DNA of 64,000 nt from Marsupella aquatica (Eukaryota > Plantae > Marchantiophyta). Position numbers and translations under genes: made by a program. The DNA lies in contig OZ316894.1 of assembly GCA_973895155.1 (NCBI GenBank), forward strand, positions 6,658,234-6,722,233, written 5' to 3'. Position 1 is the stretch's first letter, and every line of letters starts with the position of its first letter. Of this stretch, positions 48,091 to 62,081 are shown piece after piece. Below the pieces are notes generated by a model. The model did not search any database and was not told the DNA's origin. It saw nothing but the letters and a program-made list of their open reading frames with translations.

Positions 48091-49262
48091 TAAAAACAAG
48101 GTTATAATAGTCTAGAGTTTACATTCCAAAAATCTAACATTCAATACCACTTCAAAACAATATTTTCATAACTAGACCCTTCCACATGTTAACATTGTAA
48201 TAATCCTTGCATTAAACTTCAATGTAAGTTTCCCATGACCAAACCCTCGCTTATTCACCCCACCTTCCTCATGATTTTTCACCCCTATTTATATTTCTAA
48301 TATTCTTTCCCATTTTACTTGTATGGCGTCAAGAGGTTGAGAGAATGCTTTATATGTTGCTTACCAAGCTTAGTTATTTTATTTTATTGCAATTAAATTG
48401 CCCTTTAAAATATACCTAATACCCAAGCTGGAGATTTCTCAAATATTGATTTTTTTCAAAGCCGACCTACTCCCCAAGTTCTTCTTATTCCTTAGGCACC
48501 ATAAACATCATAATCTAGTTATGTCAACATCCAAGCATGGATAGGTTTAGTTTAATAGAGTTGTTTGTGTCGAGAAGTGACATTACTCTTCACACGAGGT
48601 TTCACACACAAAAGCAACATAGATCATAATTGGATTCAAAACATCTAATGGTGTAAAAGTTCTTTTTGAGCTAAGAGACCACACGAGTATTCACACACAA
48701 AATGAATCTGGATGGTTGGATTCATAACATCTAATGGTAGGAAAGCTCATTTTCAGTTGAGAGGCCACACGAGCCTTCACACGAGTCTTCACACACAAAA
48801 TGGATGTAGATGGTTGGATTAAAACCATCTAATGGCTGAATATTTACAGGGTGACGTGGAATTTTCAGATTTACAGAAGTCTCTACCTGGACCCCTAATG
48901 AACATCCTTAAATCTACGGAGATCTGGCTGGTCAAAGTTTAATCTAGAAAATAAGACAAGCAATCTTAGTAGCATCTTCTCCTTTACACAAGGTGACATT
49001 AGTTACAAAGAAAAACCCTTACAAATGACGCTGGGTCATGGAACCCTCACTACAACGGGATTCATTCACTCCCCAACCCTGCACTGCGTTAGTGTCGAGC
49101 TTGGATAAAGGAGAATTCGGATGCTGCATAGTTTTCGATAGCTGACGAGAGGAGCGGCATTGCGACAGAGTTATCAGAGCAGTCTGTGGAAAGTCTGAGC
49201 TCGAGCTGCTGCGCTACGACAGCGTGGAGTGAGCAGCAGACTGGATAGCAGCAGCAGCAGCC

Positions 49263-52200
49263 ATGGCTGCCCTCGCCTCGCACTCCTGCATTGCCTCTCT
49301 GTCCCAGCAGACGAAACAGCAGAGCAGCAGGGCGACGTCCTATGGCTATGGAGTGCGTAACGCATTAGTGTCTCCTCCTCTGCATCGCTCGTTTACTGGG
49401 CTGCAGACGAAGCTGGGCTCAAAGTCCTCGAGCGAATTCAATAGGAGAAAGCAACGAGGAGTAGATTTCCGTTCTGAGCAGCTGAGCTTAGTGGCTTGTG
49501 CTGTCGCCAGCACTGACGCAGCTGTCGCCACTTCCTCCACCACCACTACGACTTCCGTCTTGGGTCTTGAGGTTGTCGAAACTCTTCATCCAAATTCCAG
49601 AGTAAGCATCCGCTCTTTCCTGGGCGTCTAACGGCAGAGGAATGCAATCGGGCACGTAAAATTTATAATCATGAAGGCGGAGGTTGAAAACTTGGCAGTA
49701 TCCAGTCGGCACTGGTTCATTCTCTTCTCTCCTCAATTCTTCTCAATTTCAGTGAATTGTTGGACTCCTTTAAATTGTTTCGCTTTTTCGGCGCAGGTTT
49801 CTTTGAGCGTCACAGTACCCGCCAAAGTATGCAATGACACCTACAAAGACGTTATCAAGGAATTCTCCAAGAAAGCTAAGGTGTGTCTCTGTACAGGATT
49901 GTCCTGGGATTTGCGGCATTGTGTGCATCGGGCACGGATACTAATTTGCTGCTCCCGCACTCCTGTCAGGTTCCCGGTTTTCGTCCAGGCAAAAGGATTC
50001 CAGAGTCTGTCTTGGTAAACTACATTGGGCCGCAACAAGTCAGGTCGTCGGCGGTGGAGTCCATATTGAAAAAATCACTTCCGGAAGCTCTATCTTCTGT
50101 GAGTTCCGGTGCCCCCTAATTCTCTTCTTCTTAGTTTTCATTACTCCACTAGCTTCTTCTTTGTTCTTCTTGTCCTAGTTTGCGATGAACCCCCTCTCCA
50201 CCAAAGAAACCTTATCGGTTTCAATGTAAGTTGTAATAAGCTGAATTGGTCATAGAACTCCTTGACTGTTTGTGGTTCATCTAAAGTTCAATTAACAAGA
50301 ATGGCGGAAACAGACTCACTTTGTGCTAATTTACAATTTGATGCATCACAAAGATGCACTAGCTTTTCTAGTGGACAGCATCCCATTCGACTGCTCGTGG
50401 CACACTGCGTAATTGAGATTCTAAAGTGGGATTTCAGCGTGAAGCTGGTTCTTGTAGTCCAAGAATATGTGAGCTGGATTGTGGCATTTTTGCAGGTGGC
50501 AGGCAGAGCTTTGAAGGAGTCAGAGCATATTGTATCCAAATTTCAAGATCTGGAGGCCTCCTTTTCAAGTGACGCTCCTCTTAGGTATGATACCAGGTTC
50601 TGGAACTCTTGCTGTGTTCTTGATTACCAGATTGTTATCCGGTTCCATTCCATCTCATTTGTCCCACGGAATTACCTCCAGACGCAATTGGCTGAAGTCG
50701 TGTGAATGGGGAATAACAAAACTCTACTCTAAAGTGATTTGTTTGGTAGTTATGTTGTGGCAGTTGACGTGGCACCTGAAGTCAAGTGGATATCAGAACA
50801 TGCATACAAGAACCTGAAAGTGACTGTGGAGCTTGATCCCACTCCCACTCCTGAGGAGGCCGCCGATGTAGAATTCAAGTCTCGAGTTAAGGGATTAGGT
50901 TCTCTACAAGTTGCACCTGACCGAGGCCTAGAGGTAAGATCTGTTACTACCTGTTTGAACAGTTATGATTTGGGTTGAATATGACTTGGAAAGAAATATC
51001 TAGAGTCAGGAAAGTCAGGAAGCAAATTCTAGTGGAGCTTATGTATTTGGATGACATATTCACAACTACTCGAATTAAGTGAAATGATGAACTAATCGAT
51101 AGGATCCAGTTTCATTTCTCCAATCCTTATGATTTTTGTGCAGTCGTTGACATTTCATTGTAATCGTAAGAATATTTTCAAATAATTGTCGCGCCCAAAG
51201 TCTCACTTTACTGTAAGGTACCAGATTGCAGTTGGGAAGGTAGATTGACTGCACAAGATGATATGTGGATAGTCATTGACCACTAGAAGAAACTGATCTT
51301 GCATGTGAACAGATGGGTGATGTTGCTATCATAGATATTTCAGCAAATCGGCTGAATGAAGATGGTACAGAAGGAGAAAAAGTATTATCTGCGGAACAGA
51401 AAGGTGAGCTGTCAACAGATACAGTCTGAAAAAGTAATACTGAATTCGTACAAATTAGGTCTTGCTTCCTATATCAGAGATTTGAGGTAGTTCCACATGG
51501 TCTTGGGACATGTTTCTCTCTGGTATGTGCACGGGCGTAAAGCTGCTGGAGTGTACGCAGGTTTTCAGTTGGATACAGAGGACTATGTCAATTTTATTCC
51601 TGGGTTTGTGGAGGCACTTATCAACATACGGAGAGAAGAGACTCGATACTTTGATCTTGTCTTTCCTCAGACCTGGCAACAAACGGCTCTGCGGGGAATA
51701 AAAGCGCGCTTTACGGTAGGGAACATTTTCTGGGGTGTAAGGAGTTGGCCATGCCCAGAGTTTGTCCTTCCTAGAGAGCAAGATCTCAAATGCGCTTATG
51801 AATGGAGTGAGTCCGGCTGTTCGGTTGGGTCTGCACTTACTTGTGACGAATTCCTAAGTCGACCATGTTTTCATATCAATCAAGAAGTCAAGCTTGGCGG
51901 AAATAAGCAGGCTTTGAGTATGGTGTTTCTGGTGATTGACTCGGCTATCCTGCAAAGCATGTCATTGCCTCTTTTCAAGACTTGTTGTGTTGATGCAGGG
52001 TTACTGCAAGGAAATATTTATTAGGAATCTTCCGGAATTGGATGATAGTATCGCACCCAAGCTCATGGAGGGCCTCACAACTCTTGATCAGGTTAGTTCA
52101 AGGACGACAAAAAGGCCCTTGTTTTGACTGATTGAGCTCATATCGCACTCTTAGCTCTGGACAACGGGGTCGAAAGTCATCATGTGTGATGTAAAGTAAG

Positions 52201-53929
52201 ATTATATCTGATTATTGAAGGTCAAGGAAGTATTGCTGGAGAAGCATCGTATCACCATAGAGCAAGCGAGAGTGCAACAAACTCAACTGGCTGTCACTGG
52301 GGAACTGGCAAAGGTAGCCATGTACATTATCTCATCCCAGAAATTAATTGCCGTTCATATCGTTCATTGCTTTGTCTCCTCGTCATTTCTAGATATAGGT
52401 TGATTTGTCGGGAATGGGCCAGAGAGTTCATATTGTTCCCTGCTTTGTCTGCTCGTCATGTCTAGAAGGAGGATTGATCTGTCGGGAATGAGCAAGAGAG
52501 TGTTTGTACTTGCTGACACAAAGATTTACCCCTGATTGCATCGACTTGGAAACTTTTAATTATTAACATTCAACTCATGAGTGGTAGAAGTAACATTCTT
52601 AAATACTCACGGCTTCATGAAAGTGACGTGAACAGGTTAATCTTGCAGAATATCAAGTCAATTCAGGTTTTAGTATCAAACTTGACTGATGCTTATCTAC
52701 TCTGGTTGGGAATCATTGTTGGTGGACATTCCTGGGATCTTTCTCAGGTTGTTGAGATAGAAGTACCCAATTCGTTGCTAGAGGAGCAAGGGCGTCAAAT
52801 GTACGGTGCGAAATTACTGGAGATGCAGGTGAAGCCTGGAAATCGTTTTCTTCCTGACGTTTTGTCGCATGAATTTTCCTGAGCCTATTTTCGTATCGGA
52901 GTCAAGTGCGTTGTTCAAATTTCACAAGAAAACCATGAGCGAGGATATGTCAAGTCAAGATCTTCCCAATTTGTGGGCTTGTACTTACTGCTTGTGGGGT
53001 AAATTCCGTGCAGACCGCTGCAAAGTTGAGTAAAGAGCAAGTTGTACAATTTTCGAGTGAAGTAATGGTCAACAACTTCCTCACTTCACAGAAAGAGAGG
53101 ATCAAGAATGCTGTCAAGCAGACTTTGGCAGTTGCAGAGATCTACAAGCTAGAAAACCTTGGGGTTGTAAATATTCCTTTCTATTTCCAAGTCGTTTGGG
53201 TTTTATTCTCTTGTACCAGTAGTACTGGATACTAAAATCGAATGTTCTGGATGATGTGCTTGGATTCTTAGTACCAGAGCCACAGACGTGATGAGATTTG
53301 GTGGTGGATAGCAACTTTATTTTCTCAAAATTTTACCTGTCTCATGATTATTTTCTGCCCTGCTCATTCAGTATTCAGAAGAGGAGTTGAAAACTGAAGT
53401 CCAAATGGCTCTGGAGGAATTTAAACGCTACAATCAAGAGTATGATGAGGCAAAGATAACGGAGCAGGTAAGGAAGACTGCTGGCATTCTAACCTTAACC
53501 AAGTATTGTTTGTCAAGAATAGAACAGTTTCTTTCGGAGAACTTGTCAAACAGTGCTATTTCGAAACAGGTGTACTCCACTTGGATACTTTGACATGTGC
53601 CTGTTGCCGAAGACTTTGTAACAACATAATTTACATCAATGTAAGTGGTAGAAGTGCAACGTAGAGTTGAGGTTTTTTTTTCTAGATGTGAATGGGTTCA
53701 AATTATGATCTTTATCGGGCTCCGCTTCCTCATTGAACTCAGGGGGCCAGGATCATGGAAATGTCCATTACAGCTCCCTATCTTGTACTCCTTAATACAC
53801 TAAGCAACACCTAATTGTACTTTTTTGGACTTGCCACAGGCAAAAGAATTGCTGGAAGGATCCAAAGTTCTGGAGTTCCTCACTCAACACGGAGACATCA
53901 CCTATACCACCAAAAAGGAGGAAGTGTAG
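49263..53929 (+). CDS. TIG: Chloroplast trigger factor (~557 aa); 13 exons: 49263-49601, 49797-49880, 49970-50098, 50496-50584, 50750-50933, 51313-51403, 51561-51715, 51999-52091, 52221-52313, 52748-52828, 53014-53163, 53372-53467, 53840-53929
   Basis: Ser/Thr-rich transit peptide, ribosome-binding signature KVPGFRPGK, FKBP-like FIPGFVEAL and C-domain EVPNSLLEEQGRQMYG. All GT-AG junctions are phase-consistent and the total length of 1674 nt ends in TAG. Confidence 0.95.
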
Positions 53930-54056
53930 CTCGGAGCGCGCCGTTGGCAAGCACGTTTTCTCGTGCCATAGATGAGATCAAGTAAGTGACAAACACAGAA
54001 GCTCTGCTGGTTTGGATTTACATGATTTTACAAATGAAAAATGTTTCTAGTGAAGC

Positions 54057-54126
54057 ATTCGTAGTTAAAGGAGCGCTTGATTCGTAGTTAAAGGAGAGCT
54101 TGATTCGTAGTTAAAGGAGAGCTTGA
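54057..54126. repeat. 23-bp tandem repeat x3 in the TIG 3' region
   Basis: attcgtagttaaaggag(a/c)gcttg repeated. Confidence 0.9.
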
Positions 54127-54635
54127 AGCGCTGCTTGAAGTTCACGGGAATTTTGTGCACCTGAGCTGGTAGCTATTTCCGATGTACCACAAAGGCAAGT
54201 GCATAACAGTTAAGAGCATTTTTATAGAAAATAGAATGGCGCTCACTGTTTTCAGTGAATTAGTTTATATGTCAGTCATACAGAAAAGAATTCCTCGATT
54301 TCTTATTGTACGAGGGCCTGCGCCTACATGTCAAGATAAAGAGTGCCACAAGCCAAATGTCATATACAAATTGATGAAAGCAGCTTGTGATTGAAAGTGA
54401 AAGTTGTTTGATTTATTTATTTCCTGGAAACCCGTGGCAATAGTTGCCCCATTGAATGGGTATCTGGTTTCAGTACTTCTATGCCATTCCATCCTGACGC
54501 ATGGTCCTTGTTGCGTCTCCCTGTACTTAGTGAATGGGTCTTGATCTGTAAATGATTCGTTTTGTGACTCTTGTCTATCGACAATCTTGCCTGAATCAGC
54601 TAAGTTGGTGATCCCTTGGCTGAAGGCTACCTGTG

Positions 54636-55200
54636 GTCCTGTCCTTGTTGTGGGCATACTCAGATTTTGATCCTAATGATGTACTCAGTAGGTCAAGTAT
54701 GTTTTGAGTTGGCATTATGAATCCAAATGGATCGATGGCAGACTCAATATGATATCACGGATCGATCATGATTGGAGGGACGATTTTAGAGTGCCGCGGA
54801 GGTAGAACTCACCATAGCCGGCTGACTGGTCCTGTCGTTGTTGTGGGCAGACTCGGCTAGTAATGTACCCAGTCGGTCAAGTATGTTTTGAATTGGAATT
54901 ATGAATCCAAACGGATCGATGGCGGATGGATCGATGGTAGATTTTGATAACACGGATCGATCATGATTGGAGGGAAGATTTTGGAGGGCTGCGGAGGTAG
55001 TACAGACCGTAACCAGGCTGAGTGTGGTCCTGTCCCTGTTATGGGCAGACTCGGATTTTGATCCTAATGATGTACACAATCAGTCACGTAGTTTTGAATT
55101 GGAATTATTAGTCCAAAGGGATCGATGGCTCATTCAATTTTGATATCACGGATCGACCCTGATTGGAGGGACCATTAGGGAGGGCCGCGGAGGTCGAACA
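54636..55200. repeat. Diverged ~190-200 bp tandem repeat x3
   Basis: ggtcctgtc..tgggcagactc..taatgatgtac..ttttgaattggaattat..ggatcgatgg..cacggatcga..gattggaggg..gcggaggt recurs three times. Confidence 0.85.
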
Positions 55201-55667
55201 AATCCTAGCCCCTAGGTTTTTGGGCATCACGTGCTTTCCTGAACCCAACAAGGAACAATTTTTCTGGAGCGACCGCACGGTTGGCAGAACACGCAGCTCT
55301 AGGTTTGACTGATTCAGACCCACTGTGTCGTAGGTGGGTCAAAAGACCGCTAGCACAAGCTCTCACCAATACCACTACAGTTGCGAGAATGATTGACGCC
55401 TTCCCGTCGGGTTAGTGGCTCCGATCCGCACCGAAAAGGAAAAACGCAACTGGGGAGGTTGACTAGCGGATGCGGTGGTCATGACTGGACCTCGTCCCTT
55501 TTCACCGCCTCGAGAACAGAGGACCTTATCAACCTCTTTTCGCTCCTCAGCAGGCATCAAGCTGGAAGGTGATGGCGTAACGAGTCAAAGACGTGGGGCC
55601 CAATCACCCAACCTGATGCCAGTACCAACCTCTCCCCCAGTTTAACTACAGTAGTAACGGATGAATT

Positions 55668-55858
55668 TACTGAATGCCCAATGTGATTTTTTTTTTATAT
55701 TTATGGACCCCACTAGAGGTCACTTCCAAAATTCCTGGCTCCACAGTGCGCCATGTCATCATGTACTGAATGCCCAATGTGATTTTTTATTTTTATTTAT
55801 GGACCTCACTAGAGGTCACTTCCAAAATTCCTGGCTCCACAGTGCGCCATGTCATCAT
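55668..55858. repeat. ~95-bp direct tandem duplication x2
   Basis: tactgaatgcccaatgtg...ccacagtgcgccatgtcatcatg occurs twice. Confidence 0.95.
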
Positions 55859-58800
55859 GACGTGCTGCAAACAAGTATGAATTGGTTTACAAAATAAAAT
55901 GACTTTAACATTCGTGCTTGCGGCAGGATTTTGGTAAAATTGGTGATGCCATGCCGTAAATCTTCATGTAAAAAGTAATCAAAATAACTGTTTTATTTAC
56001 CCCGAGTAGATCCACAACTCAGTTTTATCTACTGCAAATAACCGATTGCCCACCCTTTTTGTGAATTGTGGTTTCAATTCCACAATAAAAAATAAGTAAT
56101 TAAATGAAGCAACACAGCATGGCAGTTAAGAATCCCACAGGGGCAGAAGGTAACCTCGTGTTTCCTCATTTCCTCGTGTCGTAATCGAGGATAGAAGAAG
56201 TGGCGATGAGGTAATGGAATACTCATCTAACCTTCCGAACAAGTGTAGAGAGTGCAAAGCAAGATTGACTCTCTCTTTTTCTCTTTCTTTAGCGGAAGGT
56301 CAAGTTCATCCGCACACAAGAGGCAGTCAGAAGAGCAATTCTCAGTCATGGCTAACAAACGATAGTCTCTCTTGAGGAAATCACTTTAGTCTTTAGTGAG
56401 AGCTCTGAAATTGCTGCTCGGAATTGAATTTCGGAAATTGCTTCAATCTGCAAATGAATATCGAATCAAAAATTTTTGACAGTAAGGGAATTCAGGAAGA
56501 CGTCATTGCTCCTCACCTAAGACAGAGGCATTGATTGGACCATGAAGTGGTTGAGTACTCTTGCTCCACAACGATGCATGAGAAGCGAGGCAACTAATGA
56601 TAGAGAGACGACTTTGGATTGAACGAAAGAGAGGAGGGGAGGGAAACACCAAAACTAGCCAGGATGTGATTGTGAAGGTGAAATGATGAGAGCAATTGAT
56701 CTCCAAGGATTCCAATGGGACTATGTGATCCACGATTTATACCCGAAATCCGCAACAGGTGGAAAGAATGATTGAATAAACGGAAGAATTGAATGTGAAG
56801 GGGTCCAATGAAGTCATGAGACACCGAAGTCTCGAACAGCAATAATCGATGAAATGACGAAATGAGTGTTCGAGGAGACCAACAATATGTTTCAATCTCA
56901 AAGTGACAGGACAGACCCAATGGTCACCAAGTTCACAGGACTAAGTCACTGCTAAAGCAAATACTTCAACCACTCCACTTTCACAGCCGAGTGGGAGAAC
57001 AGGGAGTGCGCTAAGACTATTAAACGCTCTGGTTAGAATCTTCCTTGCTTCGCCTGCCGCCCCTCGTTCTCTCTCTCTCATTGCGGACCCGGCTTTATGC
57101 TTTGAGTCTCTCCTGGACTTCTGGTAAAGAAACAATTCAAGGGTAACAATTTGCAGCTCGGCTAGAAATTTATTGATGATACACTCATGAGTTTTTTGGC
57201 AGCGAGCTCTGTTGAGAGATGCAAGAGTATGGCTATCTAAAAAATTAATAAATGGGCATCCTAGTCTTCACCGTGCCCAAGATCAGACAAGTACAGGAAG
57301 GCTCCGAGATGACACAATTTCAATGGCCATGCTGCGATCCTCCCCTTACATGGGCTCCATTCATCCGGAAGTATGATCAATCGCACAATCTAGCTACTCA
57401 GAAAAGAATTATTCTTGAGGACTTGAAATCCCCTCGGCGCGAAATTAAACGCCTCTCAATCAACTCTGCCCACCACTGCTTGAAAAAAATTGAATCCTTC
57501 TAGGCATACAACAAATACCCATTCTGTGGTAGCGTCAGTGTCCTGGTGGCAGAGTACCACGGTACAGTTCCCAGTAGTCAAAGCTGCTGTGACTACTAGA
57601 AAGTCTCCGTCGTGAACCTTACGTGACCAAACCTTGACAACTATGCTAAACAATAAAAACTTCCAGTGAACAAAGTTTTGCGAATTGACCATATGGTTTA
57701 AATTGTGATGGCATCGTGGGTTCCACAGTGCCTCACACTAGATGCGTACAAGGTAATTGCAAACCAACTCTGGCCACCATCGCTACCTACCAGACAGCAA
57801 TCGCTTGAGACAAGCGAGAATTAATGTAGATGGCCCTAAGCTTGACACATAGGTTTACTCACTCTAAGCAATACCGTGGAGAAGTGTGTTGCATTATTTT
57901 CTAAAATCCATTGTTGAAATAGCTGGGTTTGGATGAGTCGAAAAACTATTATGGCAAGGAAATTGTTGAACTGCAGTTTGTCCGGTCTTTGTTCAAAGGT
58001 GTTCTAGATGATCCAAACGAGAGCTATATTTTACGTCCTCGGGTGAGCTCCATTTCCATTCCAACCTGCAATTAGATCTTCAACTGTGCTCATGATTCCT
58101 AATTGAAATACCTTTGCTGGCTCCAGAGCTGAACTCCCAAGCGATTGGGATTGCCTCAAGCTCAGAGCACCACGCTGCAGCTTCAGAACTACTTGAGGTT
58201 TGCTCATATATTCAGCTCGGTCACTATTTTCAGCTGGCCTAGTCTCCAGATTCGATCCACCATGTAGTCTCAATAAAGATATGTTCATTGTCACATTTTA
58301 TAACACATTTATCTATTTCACATATATTGTCCAACACATACCTCACATACAATCAACAAATAGGGGTCCACGAACTAATTTTCAGGGCATTCTGGGAGCA
58401 TAATGCGCCCGCCCCCCGCCAAAATAAATTCAAAATACTCTAGAAGCCTAAAATTGAAGGGGTCTAAAAATTAATTTAAAATGTATATGATACAAAGGTT
58501 TATGATACATTAAAATAAAAATATATGACACAAAAAATTTGAAGAAGACAAAATCTGAAAGGTGTATTCACCACCATATAGGCTTCAAAACTAGGGCCAT
58601 TAACTAACAACATCCCAGAGAATCTTACTTATAAAGTGCAAAGCCAAACTAGTTGTGATCTAGGTTTCTAGAGTGAAGACTCTAGACCGTGACTCTAGGG
58701 CCCATCAAAATATATATGTATACAAAAAGTATGTGCATGGAGACAATGATAAAACCCCACTAAAATTTATGTGCATGGGGTGAAAAGGATGTGCATGGAG

Positions 58801-60057
58801 AGTATGATGTATGTTATAATGATAATATGTACCATGGTTTCTATCATTTCAAAGCTCACAATGACTCTTACTAAAGACAAAACTGAAAGTATGATGGACA
58901 AAAAAGATGGGACAAAGTTGAAAGGGATATAGGGTAGAATTATTTCTGGCATTTTTTTTGTTTTCATCGATCTAAGGAGGCGAATCAAAATCTTGGTGGG
59001 AGTGAAAAAAGAGGATCAAGTGGGGTGAGTTTTTGGAGGTTTTATGATGCAGCTAAACTGTGCTTCATGTGTGTAGCAAAATAATTTATAATACAAACAA
59101 AATCCTAAATTTTTTCTTACAAATTATCAAAAGAAGAATGGAACATAGCAAGAAAACTGCCCAGAAGAAATAGGAAATAGAGGCATAAAGAAACTGTAAA
59201 TGTTTAGTAAATTGCAGTGCAATTTATTTTAATTTTCAGGTGTTTTGGTTTCCTGGCCCTTGTTCCACTCATTTTTAGCCACTCATTTTGTATGCTGGAC
59301 CTTCATTTTGATGGAGAAATCTCTGAAGTGGGATTTCTTTTTATCTATTGATACATTATTCTTATAACACTAGGGAATATATGTTGTCTACACTTTATTG
59401 TCCTCCCTCTATTCATATTCAAAGAATGAGTAGTTGGGGCTAGTATTACTAATCAATCCCTTTGGCCATCATTCCTTTGTATGGTCCATGGGCTAATGGG
59501 AGCATCAAATTGCCCCTTGTTTTGCACAAAAGTGTGTGTCCATATTATTGAATCTAACTGATTCAGTTGAGTGGTCACTCCGAGGGGCACATTGCAACCC
59601 TCGAAAGTTTCCACTCAAAATAACTTTTTCTTGAAATAAAATCGAACGGAGGATGTCGTCCCTCAGACAAAGGAGACGATCACGAACGTAGAAATATCGG
59701 ATATCACTTACAGTGATTAGGATGTTGCGGGCTGAATGATGACCTCAATAATAGGGGGTCTCAAATATCGGCCCAGGACATTATTTCCCGGGAGGTCAGA
59801 CGCGTCCGTTATGAGTGTCGCGGGCAAGTTTACCGGCACCACCTTTCTTTTGTGACCCAATTTTTTTAGGCCCGTAAAGTGTGAGTTCCGGTTAAAGGAA
59901 CCGGCTGCGGCCGAACTTTGACAGATGGTGCCCAATACTGAGACGGCCCGGATGCAGAGTGATTTTGAATGTTAAGGACCATCGCGCAAAGATCTTTAGG
60001 CGTTTAACTCAAACAAGTTTGAAATTGAGCTTTTGGTGGGAGGCGAGACTGGGAGAC

Positions 60058-61614
60058 ATGGAGATGCAAATCCCTGCAGAGGATGCGATTGGTGTGCAGG
60101 ACATGTCTTCTGAAATGGCACAAAGGTCTGGTACGAGTGGACGCGGTTTCATACCTCCACGCACTCTGGTCCCTGGGCCATCTGAGCAAGAAGTCGCTAC
60201 ACAAGGCAATCGTGCATTCCATCCAGCACGGGAGGCAGGACTGTCACGACAAGGCATGTCAGGAAGTAGACGAGGTGTCGGAGGTACCGCAGCTGTGACC
60301 ACAAAACTAACTCGAAAGGATTATGCCCTGATTATCGATTATCTTGAGGTCCAAGATAATTACAATGCCATCTTCGGGGCTGGAAGAAAAACCAGGCCGG
60401 GTAATCGCTATCAATCCAAGAAATCGGTCTTTACCTCAATGGCTGCAGTGTTGGCTCATTACGATTTTCCAAAGATGGATGGGGCAAATCTTGCTAAAAG
60501 ATTCGGGAGGTATCAGGATATGTACAAGAAGGCTTTGTTGTTGAAGAACTCTTCCGGTGGGGGCCTCACAGAGGAGGAATTCCAATGTGGTCTTACTATC
60601 GATCAAAAACTGGACAAAATATGTCCGCTGTTTGATCGCATGCATGCAATATGTGGGGAGCGTGCCAACGTTCAACCTCCTGGAATGGTAGACCACGGTT
60701 TTGGAGGATGTGGGATCACTGAGTCTCCAGAGGAGACTGAAGACCCTGTTGAGGAGAGCGATAATGAAGTCCCTGATGGTGGAGAAGAACCAGGTTCTCC
60801 AACTTGGCTAATGGCAGGTAATTAAATCCACAAACTGTCTCCTACTTTTGATGTATTCAGCCGTCTGTTATGTGCATATATGTTCATTTACATCCCCTTT
60901 TGTTATTTGCAGATTCTCCACCGGATGTGGAGAACGAATCTGTTCATTGTGGTGTCGATGAACAGCCTCCTACTCCTGTTCCAGAGCATTTTGAGCCCTC
61001 TAGGGGAGGGACCGAAGACATTCGGACAACCAATGCCCCCCAACAAGCTCCAATTCGGACCCCCCCCCAACAGTGAAGGTGGATCCAGACCTACACAATT
61101 TGGGACACACCAAATTCCTTCTGCATCTGCACCGCAAGGACCAGTTCGAGCACAGTCTACGACGAGGGGGAATGACAAGGCAGCTCCAACAAGACTTAAA
61201 GCAAATGGAGAGGGATCTGCTACTTCAAAAGGGAGCTTGGCAGCAATGTATGCAGACCAGAAAAGGGAGAAGGCACTCTTCAGAAAAGAGCTCATTGGCA
61301 ACAAAAATCAGTGGAAGAAAGATGAGATTGAAGACAGACGCAAAGCACGGGTTGACTCATCGAAGAAAGACAAGTTAGATAGGAATCACAAGATGAAGCT
61401 TGAACAGTTCAGTGCAACACAAGCTGAAAAGCGAATGCGAATGGACCAACACCACCAAATGATGATGGCACAAATCACCTTGCGTGGACAACTGATGTCT
61501 GATTTGTTCAAGAGCGGCAAATCAGAGGGAGAGATTAGTAGATTGATGAGAATGGTAGAATGTACCATGTCCACCGACTCAGGACCACCTGTTGATGATG
61601 GAGACCAGGAGTAA
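60058..61614 (+). pseudogene. PIF/Harbinger accessory Myb/SANT-like DNA-binding protein; exons 60058-60817 and 60913-61614, frameshifted
   Basis: Contains LIIDYLE..NY..IFG and KLDKICPLFDRMHAICGERANVQP motifs plus a coiled-coil C-terminus. GT-AG intron at 60818-60912; frameshift in the C-run at 61060-61068. Convergent with the transposase. Confidence 0.75.
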
Positions 61615-62081
61615 CATTGGCTAGAGTTCTTTAGAGGCTTTACTAGGTGAACAGGAACAAAGAAATATGTAGTACTTACTACTATAAGAGAGGGAATTTA
61701 CGACCATGGCAGCAACGTCCCAACTCAGCCGAAACGCAGCCGTGACGAGAGCAGCGAAGGCGTCGACAGTGAAGGCACTCGTAAGCGGGCTACAAAGAAG
61801 CATGTGGCTAAGTAGCTATTCATGTTCGTTGCACCAAGAAGTAGTGGTAGTAGACGTGAACGTAGAATGTACATGTGCAATTTTTGAGCAATGAGAATCA
61901 AATGTAGGATTTGATCATTATTATTTTGCGTAAATACAATGATCGACTTTATTTGAAAGTGGTAATACATTTACAAACGACACTTAGGTCACCTTGCATA
62001 GTCATCTTGCTGTCACTGAGCACTATTCTATTATTTAATTTGCAAATATGTACCCACTCTGCAAATTTGAGACTTGCGTAG

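Noticed and set aside
55900-58350. Possible gene, LINE remnant or miRNA precursor
   Set aside because: No recognisable domain, no consistent exon chain and no convincing long hairpin or known mature miRNA match by eye.
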